A DNA stretch of 64,000 nucleotides. It comes from an uncultured delta proteobacterium (GTDB lineage Bacteria > Myxococcota_A > Polyangia > Haliangiales > Haliangiaceae). Below are positions 42,150-51,870 of this stretch, piece after piece. Below the pieces are notes generated by a model that was not told the origin of the DNA, did not search any database, and saw only the letters and a list, made by a program, of their open reading frames with translations. The translations under genes and the position numbers were made by a program. The number at the start of each line of letters is the position of its first letter. Within the stretch, counting starts at the first letter, position 1. The stretch is taken from NCBI GenBank assembly GCA_963848295.1, contig CAWKDB010000010.1:2176001-2240000 (forward strand), read 5' to 3'.

Positions 42150-43238
42150 TTAGTCGACTCGAGCGACGGTGCCCGGGCCGGCGACTTCGTCGATCGCGTG
42201 GACGAGCAACTGGAGCGTATCGGTCGGGCGTAGGTTCGCGCGCAAGCCCGCGCCTTCGGCGATCCAATAGGCTCGCCGCCGCCACGGATATGTCCCTTCG
42301 CGCGCGATCAGCGCGATCCGGACGCAGCCGGCCTTGCGCGCGTCGTCGAGGATCGCTCGCGCTTCGGCCAGGGTCGTGTCCGGCCGCATGTGCAACGCGA
42401 TGACGTCGGAGTTGCCGCGCAGATCGCGCAACACGTCGATCCGCTGCTGATTCGGACCGTACTTGTGGCCACCGATCACGAGCTCGCCCTGGCGCGTGAA
42501 CTCGGCCTCGGGCAGGTCGGGGTCTTCTTCGGAGGCGGCGCCCGCGATCGGCCAATTCGCCGGATCGGCGCGGCGCTCGACGTCATCGATCGTGCTGACC
42601 GCGCTGCGATCGAGCTCTTCCCAGCCCAGCACGGCCTGGTGCCAGCCCGGGTCGCTCGAGCACGTCAGACAATCGCCCACCGCGTTGCGCGCACGCTCGG
42701 TCGCGCGGCGGATCGCGAGCGCCTCGACCACCTGGCCCTGATCTTCGGGGACGACGCGTTTGCAATCCGTCGCGAGCACGCCTCCGCACATCCGCTCGAG
42801 GTACGCGCTCGCGCTCTCACCGGGCTTCGGCACGAGCTCGGGCGCTTTCGGATCGCGTATCGAGTTGAGCTCGTCGGCTTCGATCGGGGGCGCGAGCAAG
42901 GTCGGGAACACCGTGAGTGCGAGCTCGGCGATCTGCTCGGCGATCGGCCTGGCCTGCACCGCCTTCATCGGCTCGAGCGCGAGCACGACGAGCTTGAGCT
43001 CGGCCTCGTCGGCGACCGACTTGTCCATGCCCGGGCGCAGCGTCACGACCGTGCGAGCGAGCGTCGCGTATGCAGCCGGTGTGCGCCCGGCCACGACGAA
43101 CGCGTTCACCGCCGCGACGAGCTCGGCGTGATGGTAGTCCTCGCTCGTGCTGCCCGGCTTGACGCCGATCGCGTCCTGGCCGCAGGCGGCGACCAGGAGC
43201 GAGGCGACGAGGCAGGAGCGGATCACGGTTAGCACCAT
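42150..43238 (-). CDS. Hypothetical lipoprotein
   Basis: LVAAC lipobox; helical domain with paired Cys; C-terminal ExbD-like alpha/beta segment. Confidence 0.7.
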   Translation of the reverse strand: MVLTVIRSCLVASLLVAACGQDAIGVKPGSTSEDYHHAELVAAVNAFVVAGRTPAAYATLARTVVTLRPGMDKSVADEAELKLVVLALEPMKAVQARPIAEQIAELALTVFPTLLAPPIEADELNSIRDPKAPELVPKPGESASAYLERMCGGVLATDCKRVVPEDQGQVVEALAIRRATERARNAVGDCLTCSSDPGWHQAVLGWEELDRSAVSTIDDVERRADPANWPIAGAASEEDPDLPEAEFTRQGELVIGGHKYGPNQQRIDVLRDLRGNSDVIALHMRPDTTLAEARAILDDARKAGCVRIALIAREGTYPWRRRAYWIAEGAGLRANLRPTDTLQLLVHAIDEVAGPGTVARVD

Positions 43239-43262
43239 CGAGTAGCAAGGCGGATGCCGACG

Positions 43263-44222
43263 TCAACCACGTGACGCCGCGGTGACGCATTCGGCCAAAA
43301 CCGCACGATCGAGGTCCCGCCCGAGCGCCACGAGCCTACCGCGCTCACCGAAGCCCGGCGGCTTCGCGTCCAGGAGCTCGATCGAGACTCGCAGCCCCAC
43401 CCGGTGGAAGGCGAACCAGCCACCGTCGGTGGCCCGCGCGATGCCCTTGATCCGGACGTAGCTCGCCGGCAGCTCGCCCAACGCTTCTTCCAACTCTTCG
43501 ACGTCGACCGCGCCCGCCAGCTCGATGCTCATGCTGTCGACTCCGTGTGCACCGTTGTCGGTGTGCCGACAGCTCTCGTCGTGCACGTGGTCGTGGTCGT
43601 GCTCGTGCTCGTCCCCGATCTTCGGATCGACGAGCACCTCCTCGAGCCACTGCGCGTGCTGCTCGGTCGTCCCGCGCCGGATCATCGCCTTCGGCGCGAG
43701 CACCGCGACCTCGCGCGCCACCGCCGCGACCTCCGCAGCGCCGGCGAGCTCCGCCTTCGAGATCAGCACGACATCGGCGTACGCGACTTGCGCATCGACC
43801 GCCGAGGTCACCGCGCGCGATGCGCGAAAGTTCGCCGCGTCGACGACCGTGACCACCACGGCGAGCCGGACATAGCGATCGACCGGCGCTTTGCGCACCG
43901 CCCACGCGATCTGGATCGGCTCGGCGACCCCGGTGGTCTCGAGCACGATCGCCGACAGATCAGGCGTGCGCTCGACCAGCTCGATCAGCGTCGCGTCGAG
44001 CTTGTCGCCGAGCGCGCAACACACGCAGCCGCCGGGGAGCTCGATCTGGCGCGCCGACTCGCCGCCGAGCAGCGCACCGTCGATGCCGATCGCCCCGAGC
44101 TCGTTGACGATGACGCCGATCTTGTTCCGCGCATGCTCGGCGGCACGGCGCGCGAGCAAGCGATTCACGAGCGTGGTCTTGCCCGCGCCGAGAAACCCGG
44201 TCACGACGACCAGCGGCACCAT
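43263..44222 (-). CDS. COG0523/CobW-family metallochaperone GTPase
   Basis: TGFLGAGKTT, VNELG, GCVCC, ETTGVAEP, His-rich HEHDHDHVH, RIKG. Confidence 0.93.
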   Translation of the reverse strand: MVPLVVVTGFLGAGKTTLVNRLLARRAAEHARNKIGVIVNELGAIGIDGALLGGESARQIELPGGCVCCALGDKLDATLIELVERTPDLSAIVLETTGVAEPIQIAWAVRKAPVDRYVRLAVVVTVVDAANFRASRAVTSAVDAQVAYADVVLISKAELAGAAEVAAVAREVAVLAPKAMIRRGTTEQHAQWLEEVLVDPKIGDEHEHDHDHVHDESCRHTDNGAHGVDSMSIELAGAVDVEELEEALGELPASYVRIKGIARATDGGWFAFHRVGLRVSIELLDAKPPGFGERGRLVALGRDLDRAVLAECVTAASRG

Positions 44223-44260
44223 CCACCCAACATAGCGCGATCGGCTACGATGCCCCAGCG

Positions 44261-45352
44261 GTGCTCGCACGCCTGAAGAGCAAGAACCTCGATACCTGGA
44301 TGCGCGACTACGCGCGGCACCTGGTGCGCCGAGCGCGTACGCCGCGCGGCGCCGGGCCGCGTCACGTGCTGTTCGCGCTGTGCGATCACTACGAGCCGCT
44401 GTGGGGCAGAGCCGACGAGTCGACCGGTCGCGCGCGCGTCGACGCGTGGGCGGATCGTTATCCCGATCTCGATCGGTTTCGCGACGGCAACGGCCGACCG
44501 CCGCGCCACAGCTTCTTCTTCCCCGGCGAAGAATACTCGCCGTATTACCTCGATCGCCTCGCCGAGCTCGCGCGCAAAGGCTTCGGCGAAGTCGAGGTGC
44601 ACCTCCATCACGACGGCGACACCGCCGCCACGCTCGAGGACAAGCTCCGCGCCACGCTGCGCGACTTCGCGAGCCACGGCCATCTGTCGCGCGATGCCGC
44701 CGGCAACTTCCAATGGGCGTTCATCCACGGCAACTGGAGCCTCGCGAACGGTCGGCCCGACGGCAAGTGGTGCGGTGTCGACGAGGAACTGCCGGTGCTC
44801 CACGAGCTCGGCTGCTACGCCGACCTGACGTTTCCGTCGGCGCCCGACGTGTGCCAGCCCGATCGGGTCAACCTGATCTACTGGCCCACCGGCGATCTGA
44901 CGCGCCGGCGCAGCTACGAAGGCGGCGAGCGCGCTCGGGTCGGCACGCGCTATGACGATCGCCTGTTGATCATCACGGGTCCGCTGGCGTTCGCGCGCAA
45001 AGGCGCGGGGGTGCGGATCGAGAACAGCGCGATCACCGGCGACGATCCGCCGAGTGCCACGCGCGTCGCGAGCTGGGTCGCGCAAGCCATTCACATCGAG
45101 GGCCGCCCCGAGTGGGTGTTCGTCAAGGTCCACACCCACGGCGCGATCGAGAAGACCGCGGCGTCGCTGCTCGGCGACGGCGGGCGCGCGCTGCACTCCG
45201 CGCTCGCGGGCTTCAACACCGGCGGCTGGAAGCTGCACTACGTCACCGCTCGCGAGATGTACAACGTCGCCCGCGCCGCGATGGACGGGATGACCGGCGA
45301 TCCGAACGCGTACTTCGACCATGTCGTCGCGCCGCCGCCGATCGCGCGCTGA
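44261..45352 (+). CDS. Conserved hypothetical protein, probable metal-dependent hydrolase/deacetylase-like fold
   Basis: DHYEP, EVHLHHD, FIHGNWSL, YADLTFPS, VKVHTHG. Confidence 0.75.
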   Translation: MLARLKSKNLDTWMRDYARHLVRRARTPRGAGPRHVLFALCDHYEPLWGRADESTGRARVDAWADRYPDLDRFRDGNGRPPRHSFFFPGEEYSPYYLDRLAELARKGFGEVEVHLHHDGDTAATLEDKLRATLRDFASHGHLSRDAAGNFQWAFIHGNWSLANGRPDGKWCGVDEELPVLHELGCYADLTFPSAPDVCQPDRVNLIYWPTGDLTRRRSYEGGERARVGTRYDDRLLIITGPLAFARKGAGVRIENSAITGDDPPSATRVASWVAQAIHIEGRPEWVFVKVHTHGAIEKTAASLLGDGGRALHSALAGFNTGGWKLHYVTAREMYNVARAAMDGMTGDPNAYFDHVVAPPPIAR

Positions 45353-45469
45353 CCCAGGTCGCCCATTGCAGCGGCGTTACCGCGCCAGGTGACCATTTCG
45401 TGACGCGGCGATTTGTAACGCAGCGGTGCGCGGAGCCGCGTCCCAAGTTTGCGATAGTGGGAAGAAGCC

Positions 45470-45979
45470 ATGAAGTCGTTCTGCTCGGAGCACGTGTTTC
45501 AGGCGCCATCGACCGCGATCATCTTCGCGGCGTATTTCGATCCCGAGCTCCAGGTCGTGCAGGATCGAGCGGTCGAGATCGACCAGCGTGAGGTCCTCGA
45601 ATACGAGGATGATGGCAAGGTCATTCGCCGGGTCTGCCGGGTCACACCGCGGCGGCAACTCCCGGCCTTGCTCAAGCCGTTTTCATCTGGTTCGCTCCAT
45701 TACATCGAGACGGTCACGTGGAATCGTGAGGACGACCAGCTATCGGTCGAGATGCGGCCCTCGATCCTGAAGGGTCGAGCGATCATCTCGGGCACCTACA
45801 GCCTCGAGCGAATCGCTCCGAACGCGATCCGGCGTCGTTACGAGGGTGAGGTGTCGGTAGATATCGCCCTGCTGTCGGCCCGGATCGAGCGCCATATCGC
45901 CGAAGAGCTCGAGCGGTCGATCCCGCTGGCAGCCGCCTGTACCCAGGCCTGGATCTCACGGAATCAACCGACCGCATGA
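45470..45979 (+). CDS. DUF2505-like (SRPBCC/START fold) protein
   Basis: 169 aa; pattern EHVF...RRVCRVTP...YIETVTW...GEVSVDIALLSARIERHI. Confidence 0.7.
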   Translation: MKSFCSEHVFQAPSTAIIFAAYFDPELQVVQDRAVEIDQREVLEYEDDGKVIRRVCRVTPRRQLPALLKPFSSGSLHYIETVTWNREDDQLSVEMRPSILKGRAIISGTYSLERIAPNAIRRRYEGEVSVDIALLSARIERHIAEELERSIPLAAACTQAWISRNQPTA

Positions 45980-46034
45980 TTTCCAGCAGCAGGTCGGCCT
46001 TAAAACCAAGGAATCGTTGGGGCATAATAGTCGG

Positions 46035-47732
46035 GTGACGATTCCGGCGGGGACGCTCGTCCCCCGCGACGCTAGAGATTTCGGCAGCTATCAGCTGCTC
46101 GCGAAGCTCGCGACCGGCGGGATGGCGGAGATCTATCTCGCGCGTCCGTCGTCGTCGGCCGGCCACCAGAGCGTGCTCGTGCTGAAGCGGATCCTCCCGC
46201 ACCTCGCGGAGGACGAGCACTTCGTGACGATGTTTCGCGACGAGGCGGACCTCGCGAGCAAGCTGATCCACAAGAACGTGTGCCACGTGTCGTCGTTCGG
46301 CTCGTACGCCGGGACGTGGTTCATCGCGATGGAGTACCTGCACGGGGTCCCGCTGTCGCGGATGATGACGCGGCTATCGAAGAGCGGAAAGCAGCTCGAC
46401 TATCGCGTCGTCGCCGCGATCATCTGCCAGGCGTGCGAGGGCTTGCACGCGGCGCACGAAGCGCGCGGCCCCGACGAGCAATTGCTCGGCGTCGTCCATC
46501 GCGACGTGTCGCCGCCCAACATCATGGTGACGTCGGACGGCACGGTGAAGCTGCTCGACTTCGGCATCGCGAAGGCGCGCGGCGCGAACTCGCGAACGCG
46601 GACCGGCACGGTCAAGGGCAAGAACGCGTACATGTCGCCGGAGCAGATCCTCGGCAAGTCGCTCGATCGGCGCAGCGACGTGTTCGCGCTCGCGGTCGTG
46701 ATGTACGAGATGCTCGCGATCAAGCGGCTGTTCCATCGCGACAGCGACTTCCTGACGTTCAAGGCGATCACCGAGGAGCCGATCCCCGATATTCGCGATC
46801 GCCGTCACGACATCCCGTCGAGCATGCGCGCCGCCATGCTGCAGGCGATGGCGCGCGATCCGGCGGGTCGATTCGACACCGCGCTCGCGTTCGGCAACGC
46901 GATTCGCAACGCGGTCGCCAGCATCGGCGGCCCGGCGTCGCAACAGGAGCTCGCACGCCTGTTGTTCACCGACTTCTCCGACGAGATGGCCCAGCGTGAC
47001 GAGATCCTGCGCGCCGCCGACGATCCGAACGCGGCTCCGATCTCGCTCGCGGCGACGCAGCTCCCGGCGACGCCGACCGCGGTGCCGATTCGCCCCGCGC
47101 CGGTGCAGGGCGAGTTGCCTCAGGGACAGCGCTCGCATCGCCCGACCGGGCCGATCGAGGGCGTGCCTTCGATGATCGTGCACCAGGGCTCGTCGAAGGT
47201 CGCCCTGCCACCCGCGCTGTTGCCGCACGGCGACTCGGCGCTCGCCGGCGTCCTCGATCTCAGCGGGAACATGCCGGTCGACACGTGGATGGCCGACGGC
47301 GGGACCAATCTGCTCAGCGCCCACCGCTGGAAGAGCGTGCGCAACGCGATCATCGCGATCGCGATCCTCGCGGGCATCGCCGTCGCGATCGTCGTCGTCG
47401 TGTCGAGCTCCGGCGGCGGCAGCGACGACTCGTCCCACGTCGTCGCCAACCACAGCGAGGTGGTGAAGCCGATCGACGCCGCGGTCAAGGTCGACGCCGA
47501 CAACCGCGCGAACATCGAGGCCGAGGCCCGGTTCGGGTACTTCAGCATCACCGCGAACGCGAGGACGTCGATCTTCATCGACGGCCGGCCGTATGGCGAG
47601 ACGCCGATGACCCGCTACCCGTTGCCGCCAGGCCCACATGTCGTACGCCTGGTCGGCCCCAAGAAGAGCAAGACGATCAAGATCACGATGTACGGCGGCA
47701 AAGACACCGACGAGGGCACGGTCAACTGGTGA
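46035..47732 (+). CDS. Membrane Ser/Thr kinase with C-terminal PEGA-like domain
   Basis: LATGGMAEIY, HRDVSPPN, DFGIAK, GKNAYMSPE; TM; IFIDGRPYGETPM...LPPGPHVV. Confidence 0.93.
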   Translation: MTIPAGTLVPRDARDFGSYQLLAKLATGGMAEIYLARPSSSAGHQSVLVLKRILPHLAEDEHFVTMFRDEADLASKLIHKNVCHVSSFGSYAGTWFIAMEYLHGVPLSRMMTRLSKSGKQLDYRVVAAIICQACEGLHAAHEARGPDEQLLGVVHRDVSPPNIMVTSDGTVKLLDFGIAKARGANSRTRTGTVKGKNAYMSPEQILGKSLDRRSDVFALAVVMYEMLAIKRLFHRDSDFLTFKAITEEPIPDIRDRRHDIPSSMRAAMLQAMARDPAGRFDTALAFGNAIRNAVASIGGPASQQELARLLFTDFSDEMAQRDEILRAADDPNAAPISLAATQLPATPTAVPIRPAPVQGELPQGQRSHRPTGPIEGVPSMIVHQGSSKVALPPALLPHGDSALAGVLDLSGNMPVDTWMADGGTNLLSAHRWKSVRNAIIAIAILAGIAVAIVVVVSSSGGGSDDSSHVVANHSEVVKPIDAAVKVDADNRANIEAEARFGYFSITANARTSIFIDGRPYGETPMTRYPLPPGPHVVRLVGPKKSKTIKITMYGGKDTDEGTVNW

Positions 47733-47813
47733 CAGTTGACCCCCGTGGGTTGTCAGGTGATACGAGTGCACGCCGCGTGATTTCGGCCCTATAGTCCCGG
47801 TGAGGGGGCCTCC

Positions 47814-49490
47814 ATGCGCCGAATTCAGTTTTGCATACTGACCGCGATCGTTGCGTGCGGACCGTCGAGGCTGCACCACGGCGACGGCGGCAGTGGCGGC
47901 GGCGACAGCGGCAACGGCCAGCCTCACGTGCTCACCGGGATCACGATCACGCCGACGAATCCGATCGTCGAGCTCGATCTCAACGCGACCGGCGCGCAAG
48001 GCTTCACCGCGACCGGCAACTACGCCGATAACGTCGACGAAGATCTGACGAGCGCGGCGACGTGGTCCGTCGTCAACCCGGCGGTCGGTACGATGACCGC
48101 CGCGACGCTCGCGATTCCATCGTTCACCGCCGACGGAGCGGTGGTGTCGCGGATCAACGCCGACTACTCCGGGCTCGAAGGGATCGCGCAGATCACGGTG
48201 GTCGCGTATCGCCGCAGCGGCTCGCAGCAAGACTTCTTCTTCGACCTGCCCTATCAGGCGCCGAACGTCACCAAGCCGCTCGACTTCTCGACCGCGATCC
48301 CCGCACTCGACGTGTTCTTCCTGATGGACACGACCGGTTCGATGTCGGGCGAGATCTCGAACCTCAAGACGTCGCTCAACTCGACCGTGATCCCGGGCAT
48401 CGAGGCCGCGGTCGCGGACTCGGAGTTCGGCGTCGGCTATCACGATGACTTCCCGATCAGCCCATACGGCGCCGGCGCCGATCAGCCGTTCCATCTGATC
48501 CAGCCGATCACGAACAACAACACGCTGATCACCGCCGGCGTCAACGCGCTGACGCTCAGCAACGGCGACGACGAGCCCGAGGGCGGGATCGAGGGCATCT
48601 ACCAGGCCGCGACCGGCGCTGGCCTCACCGGGCCGTCGCCGACCAGCGTCGCGGCGAACCACGTCGGCGTCGGTGGCGTCGAGTTCCGCACCGGCACGAT
48701 GCCGGTGATCGTCGCGATCAGCGACGCCGACTCGCATCGGATGTCGCCCGATCCGGGCGCGTGCAACGGCACCAACGACGACTACACCGGGACGGTCGCC
48801 GCGGTCGCGCACTCTCTGCCGCAGACCGAGACCGCGCTCAACACCATCTGCGCCCGCTTTGTCGGCATCGCGCCGATCGGCAACGCGAATTGCAGCGCGG
48901 TGAGCTACTACACCGACCTCGGCACGAAGACCGGCTCGCGCGTGCCGCCTGGCGCTTGGGACGTCGGGACCCGGCCGGCCGGATGCTCCGCGGCTCAGTG
49001 TTGTACCGGCCAGAACGGCGCCGGCCAGTCGACCGACGCCGACGGCCTATGTCCTCTCGTGTTCCTCGCGTCGACGAGCGGCACCGGCGTCAGCACGAAC
49101 GTGGTCACCGGCATCGAGCTGCTGACCCGGTTCGCGACGTTCACCGCCACGACGATGACCGCCGGCGGCACGACCGACAACATGAACAACCCGCTGCCGG
49201 TGGGTCACACGACCGCGGACTTCATCACCGCGGTCACCCCGGCGAGCTTCACGTTGCCGCCGCCGCCGCCGAACCTGCCGAATCCGACGTTCGACGCGAC
49301 CTCGTTCTACGGCGTCACGCCGGGCACGCAAGTCGACTTCAACGTCGTGGCGACGAACACGTTCGTGCCACAGACCGATCAGGCGCAGATCTTCACGGCG
49401 ACGATCACCGTGCTCGCCAGCGGCTGCACGCCCCTCGATCAGCGCACGGTGATCATCCTCGTGCCGCCGACCGCGATCGTGATCCAGTAG
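47814..49490 (+). CDS. vWA-domain Cys-rich lipoprotein (adhesin-like)
   Basis: IVAC lipobox; Ig-like N-terminal domain; DVFFLMDTTGSM (MIDAS), GDDEPE, VAISDA. Confidence 0.82.
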   Translation: MRRIQFCILTAIVACGPSRLHHGDGGSGGGDSGNGQPHVLTGITITPTNPIVELDLNATGAQGFTATGNYADNVDEDLTSAATWSVVNPAVGTMTAATLAIPSFTADGAVVSRINADYSGLEGIAQITVVAYRRSGSQQDFFFDLPYQAPNVTKPLDFSTAIPALDVFFLMDTTGSMSGEISNLKTSLNSTVIPGIEAAVADSEFGVGYHDDFPISPYGAGADQPFHLIQPITNNNTLITAGVNALTLSNGDDEPEGGIEGIYQAATGAGLTGPSPTSVAANHVGVGGVEFRTGTMPVIVAISDADSHRMSPDPGACNGTNDDYTGTVAAVAHSLPQTETALNTICARFVGIAPIGNANCSAVSYYTDLGTKTGSRVPPGAWDVGTRPAGCSAAQCCTGQNGAGQSTDADGLCPLVFLASTSGTGVSTNVVTGIELLTRFATFTATTMTAGGTTDNMNNPLPVGHTTADFITAVTPASFTLPPPPPNLPNPTFDATSFYGVTPGTQVDFNVVATNTFVPQTDQAQIFTATITVLASGCTPLDQRTVIILVPPTAIVIQ

Positions 49491-49628
49491 GCACGGCGCG
49501 CCCGGGTAAGCTCGCGGCGCCGCGACAACCGTGTCGTCATTTCGCGTTACGCCGACGTAACCGCGACTTGAAGTGCGCGGGATCTCAGTGAGCAGTGCTC
49601 GGCACGATCTCTGCTCGACGCGGCGGGG

Positions 49629-50276
49629 GTGAAGCTCGTCGTGCTCGCACTCGTGACCCTCGAAACGATCGCCGTCGCGCAACCCGCGCCGACCGCACCG
49701 AGCTCACCTGATTCGTCGGAGCTCGCGCCGCCGTCGAGCGCGCCGCTGCTGGCGCCGGTCAGCGAACCGCGGCATTTGTTCGTGGCGGTGCACGCCGGGA
49801 TCGAGAACATCGCGCTGCATGAGTCGGATCCCGAGTACATCGATCCGTCTGGGACCGGGTTCGCTGCCGACGTCGAGCTCGGCGGTCACTGGGGCTCGGT
49901 CGAGGTCCTCGGTTACGTTGACTTCGCCCAGATGTCATCGACGACGCCGGTCTGGAGTCTTCACGAGCTCTTCGTGGGTTTCGGCGCGCGATTTCGCGTG
50001 TGCTACCGCGGGTTGTTCGTCGGCGTCGGCACCGGAATGTTGATCGGTGCGCAAAGCGGGACCTATCTCGACACGTCCCTTGCGACCCCGATGACGGCCG
50101 ATGCCAATGACTCGCCCGGTATGGTCACGGCGGAGCTGCACGCTGGCTACACGTTTCCGCGCATCGGCGGCGTGGCGCCGGAGTTGTTGCTTGTCGTCGA
50201 GGAGGCGGTGTCGTTACCGCCCGACGAGGGGCCGTCCGCGACGACGACTCGGCTCGGGCTCGGCGCCAGATTCTAG
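49629..50276 (+). CDS. Probable small outer-membrane beta-barrel protein
   Basis: Signal peptide; alternating strands; ends LGLGARF (C-terminal Phe). Confidence 0.6.
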   Translation: MKLVVLALVTLETIAVAQPAPTAPSSPDSSELAPPSSAPLLAPVSEPRHLFVAVHAGIENIALHESDPEYIDPSGTGFAADVELGGHWGSVEVLGYVDFAQMSSTTPVWSLHELFVGFGARFRVCYRGLFVGVGTGMLIGAQSGTYLDTSLATPMTADANDSPGMVTAELHAGYTFPRIGGVAPELLLVVEEAVSLPPDEGPSATTTRLGLGARF

Positions 50277-50333
50277 CTGGGTGAAGCGCGTCGCGCTTCG
50301 GGACCCGCCTTGTGCCGATCCTAGCGGCCTAGG

Positions 50334-50630
50334 CTAGCTCAGCGGCGCCGGGCGAATGCTGGTGATGTGCAGGTTGGCCTCGGGGCTCGTCACGATCTGC
50401 ACGCGATCGCCGGTCGAGAATCGAGGCACGAGCTCGGGCGGCCCCTGGAAATGCAGGTCGACCAAGTTTTCGAGATCGAGCTCTTCGCCCTCTTCATCGG
50501 TCGCGCGCTCGATGTCGAGCTGGATCTTCGAGACCTGACGCGCCGGCACGTGCTCGAACTTCGCCCCGGTGGCGTGGAGCTCGATGCTGCGGATCGTGCC
50601 TACTAGCCGCAGTCCTTCATCGCGGCCCAT
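50334..50630 (-). CDS. Small hypothetical protein (OB-fold-like)
   Basis: MGRDEGLRLVGTIRSIELH...HFQGPPELVPRFSTGDRVQIVT; 98 aa with host codon usage. Confidence 0.7.
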   Translation of the reverse strand: MGRDEGLRLVGTIRSIELHATGAKFEHVPARQVSKIQLDIERATDEEGEELDLENLVDLHFQGPPELVPRFSTGDRVQIVTSPEANLHITSIRPAPLS

Positions 50631-50662
50631 AGCACCATCGTACACTGGTCGTCGTTGCGACT

Positions 50663-51280
50663 TTAGCTCGGTGGCCCGACTTCGATGCCGCCCTCGGCAC
50701 GTGCCACGAAGATCACGTCTGCGTCGCCCTCTGCGGTGAGGTCGTGTTGTGTACCGCCAGCGAACACCATCTCGTCCCCAGGATGCAGCACGAGGCCTCC
50801 GCGCTCGCGCAGGACCCCGGCGAGCACCAGGGTGACCTCTTCGCCGCGGTGTTTGTGCCACGGGAATGACGCACCTGCTGCGATCCGGATAAAGCCGCAG
50901 TCCGCGGTCGCGCATGCCGGGCCACCCGAGAAATGGACCAGACCGATCCCGGGCACCGGGTGCTCCCACGATGCCTTGCGCTCGACGAAGCCGAGCAACT
51001 CGCGCGCGCGATCGACCGAGACGTCGAACAGCGAAGCGAGACGTCCCGAGAATCTCTCGAATCGGCCGTCGCCGATCGAAGCGAGGATCCGAGCCTTGAC
51101 CTCGGCGGAGGGCGCGACCGGCACGACCGCGTCGATCAACACATCCGTGGCCTGGCGATACTCGGCGAGCTCGGCCGCGAGGGCCGGATCGGTCGCGACC
51201 GCGCGCTCGACTTGGCTCACCTCGCTCGGGTCGAGCACCCCGAGGGCGTATAGAGGCAGCAGCTCGCGAACGTCGCTCAT
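50663..51280 (-). CDS. Anti-sigma factor with ChrR-like cupin domain
   Basis: ELLPLYALGVL N-terminal anti-sigma domain; FPWHKHRGEEVTLVLAG...QHD cupin; ATGA overlap with sigma factor. Confidence 0.85.
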   Translation of the reverse strand: MSDVRELLPLYALGVLDPSEVSQVERAVATDPALAAELAEYRQATDVLIDAVVPVAPSAEVKARILASIGDGRFERFSGRLASLFDVSVDRARELLGFVERKASWEHPVPGIGLVHFSGGPACATADCGFIRIAAGASFPWHKHRGEEVTLVLAGVLRERGGLVLHPGDEMVFAGGTQHDLTAEGDADVIFVARAEGGIEVGPPS

Positions 51281-51813
51281 GACTTACCCGCCAGGATGTC
51301 GCGCAGCTTGCCGAGCGCCGCCGCGAGACGAGATTTGACCGTGCCGACCGGGATCGAAATCCGATCCGAGATCTCGGTACACGACAGCCCTTCGAAGTAC
51401 GCGAGCTCGAGCACCGCGCGCTGATCGCCGCCGAGTCCTTCGAGCGCGGCCCGCACCCGGACGTGATCCGGGGAGCTGCGCTCGCGGTCATCGGCCACGA
51501 GCTCGATCCCGCCGTCACCCGCGTTGCGGGAAACTCGGGCCGATTTTTGGTGGTCTAGGGCGCGGGAACGCATACGGATAGCCAACCAAGTACGAACCCG
51601 ACCTCTCTTTGGATCGAAGTCCTTAGCCGCTTTCCAGGCCTCCAAGAACACGTCGTGTAGGAGGTCCTCGGCCTCTCTCCGCTCGCGCACGATACGGACC
51701 GCCACGCCGAGTAGTAGGCCAGCATGCCGTTCGTACAGCCGGGCCAGGGCTTTGCTGTCGCCGCGGGCCATCGCCGCGACCAGGGCGGCGTCCTCGGCGT
51801 CATCATCCGCCAT
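51277..51813 (-). CDS. ECF sigma-70 factor (SigK/RpoE-like)
   Basis: [51 protein letters not shown]. Confidence 0.93.
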   Translation of the reverse strand: MADDDAEDAALVAAMARGDSKALARLYERHAGLLLGVAVRIVRERREAEDLLHDVFLEAWKAAKDFDPKRGRVRTWLAIRMRSRALDHQKSARVSRNAGDGGIELVADDRERSSPDHVRVRAALEGLGGDQRAVLELAYFEGLSCTEISDRISIPVGTVKSRLAAALGKLRDILAGKS

Positions 51814-51870
51814 CCGCGGAGGACGGTAGCACGGCTTTGGTCGGCCGCGTGCGCGTGGTATTTGCCTGAG

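Noticed and set aside
46374..48812. Long antisense ORFs (812 aa here; also 51919-54204, 21754-23079, 54253-56064 and others)
   Set aside because: Arg/Ala-rich shadow frames opposite well-supported genes, expected from stop-codon scarcity at high GC; no motifs
49512..49561. Intergenic palindromes TCGCGGCGCCGCGA and GTTACG-N4-CGTAAC (similar GCGTTAC/GTAACGC pair at 45374-45421)
   Set aside because: Could be operators or weak terminators, but short, spacing differs between the sites, no U-tract, and GC palindromes are common by chance here
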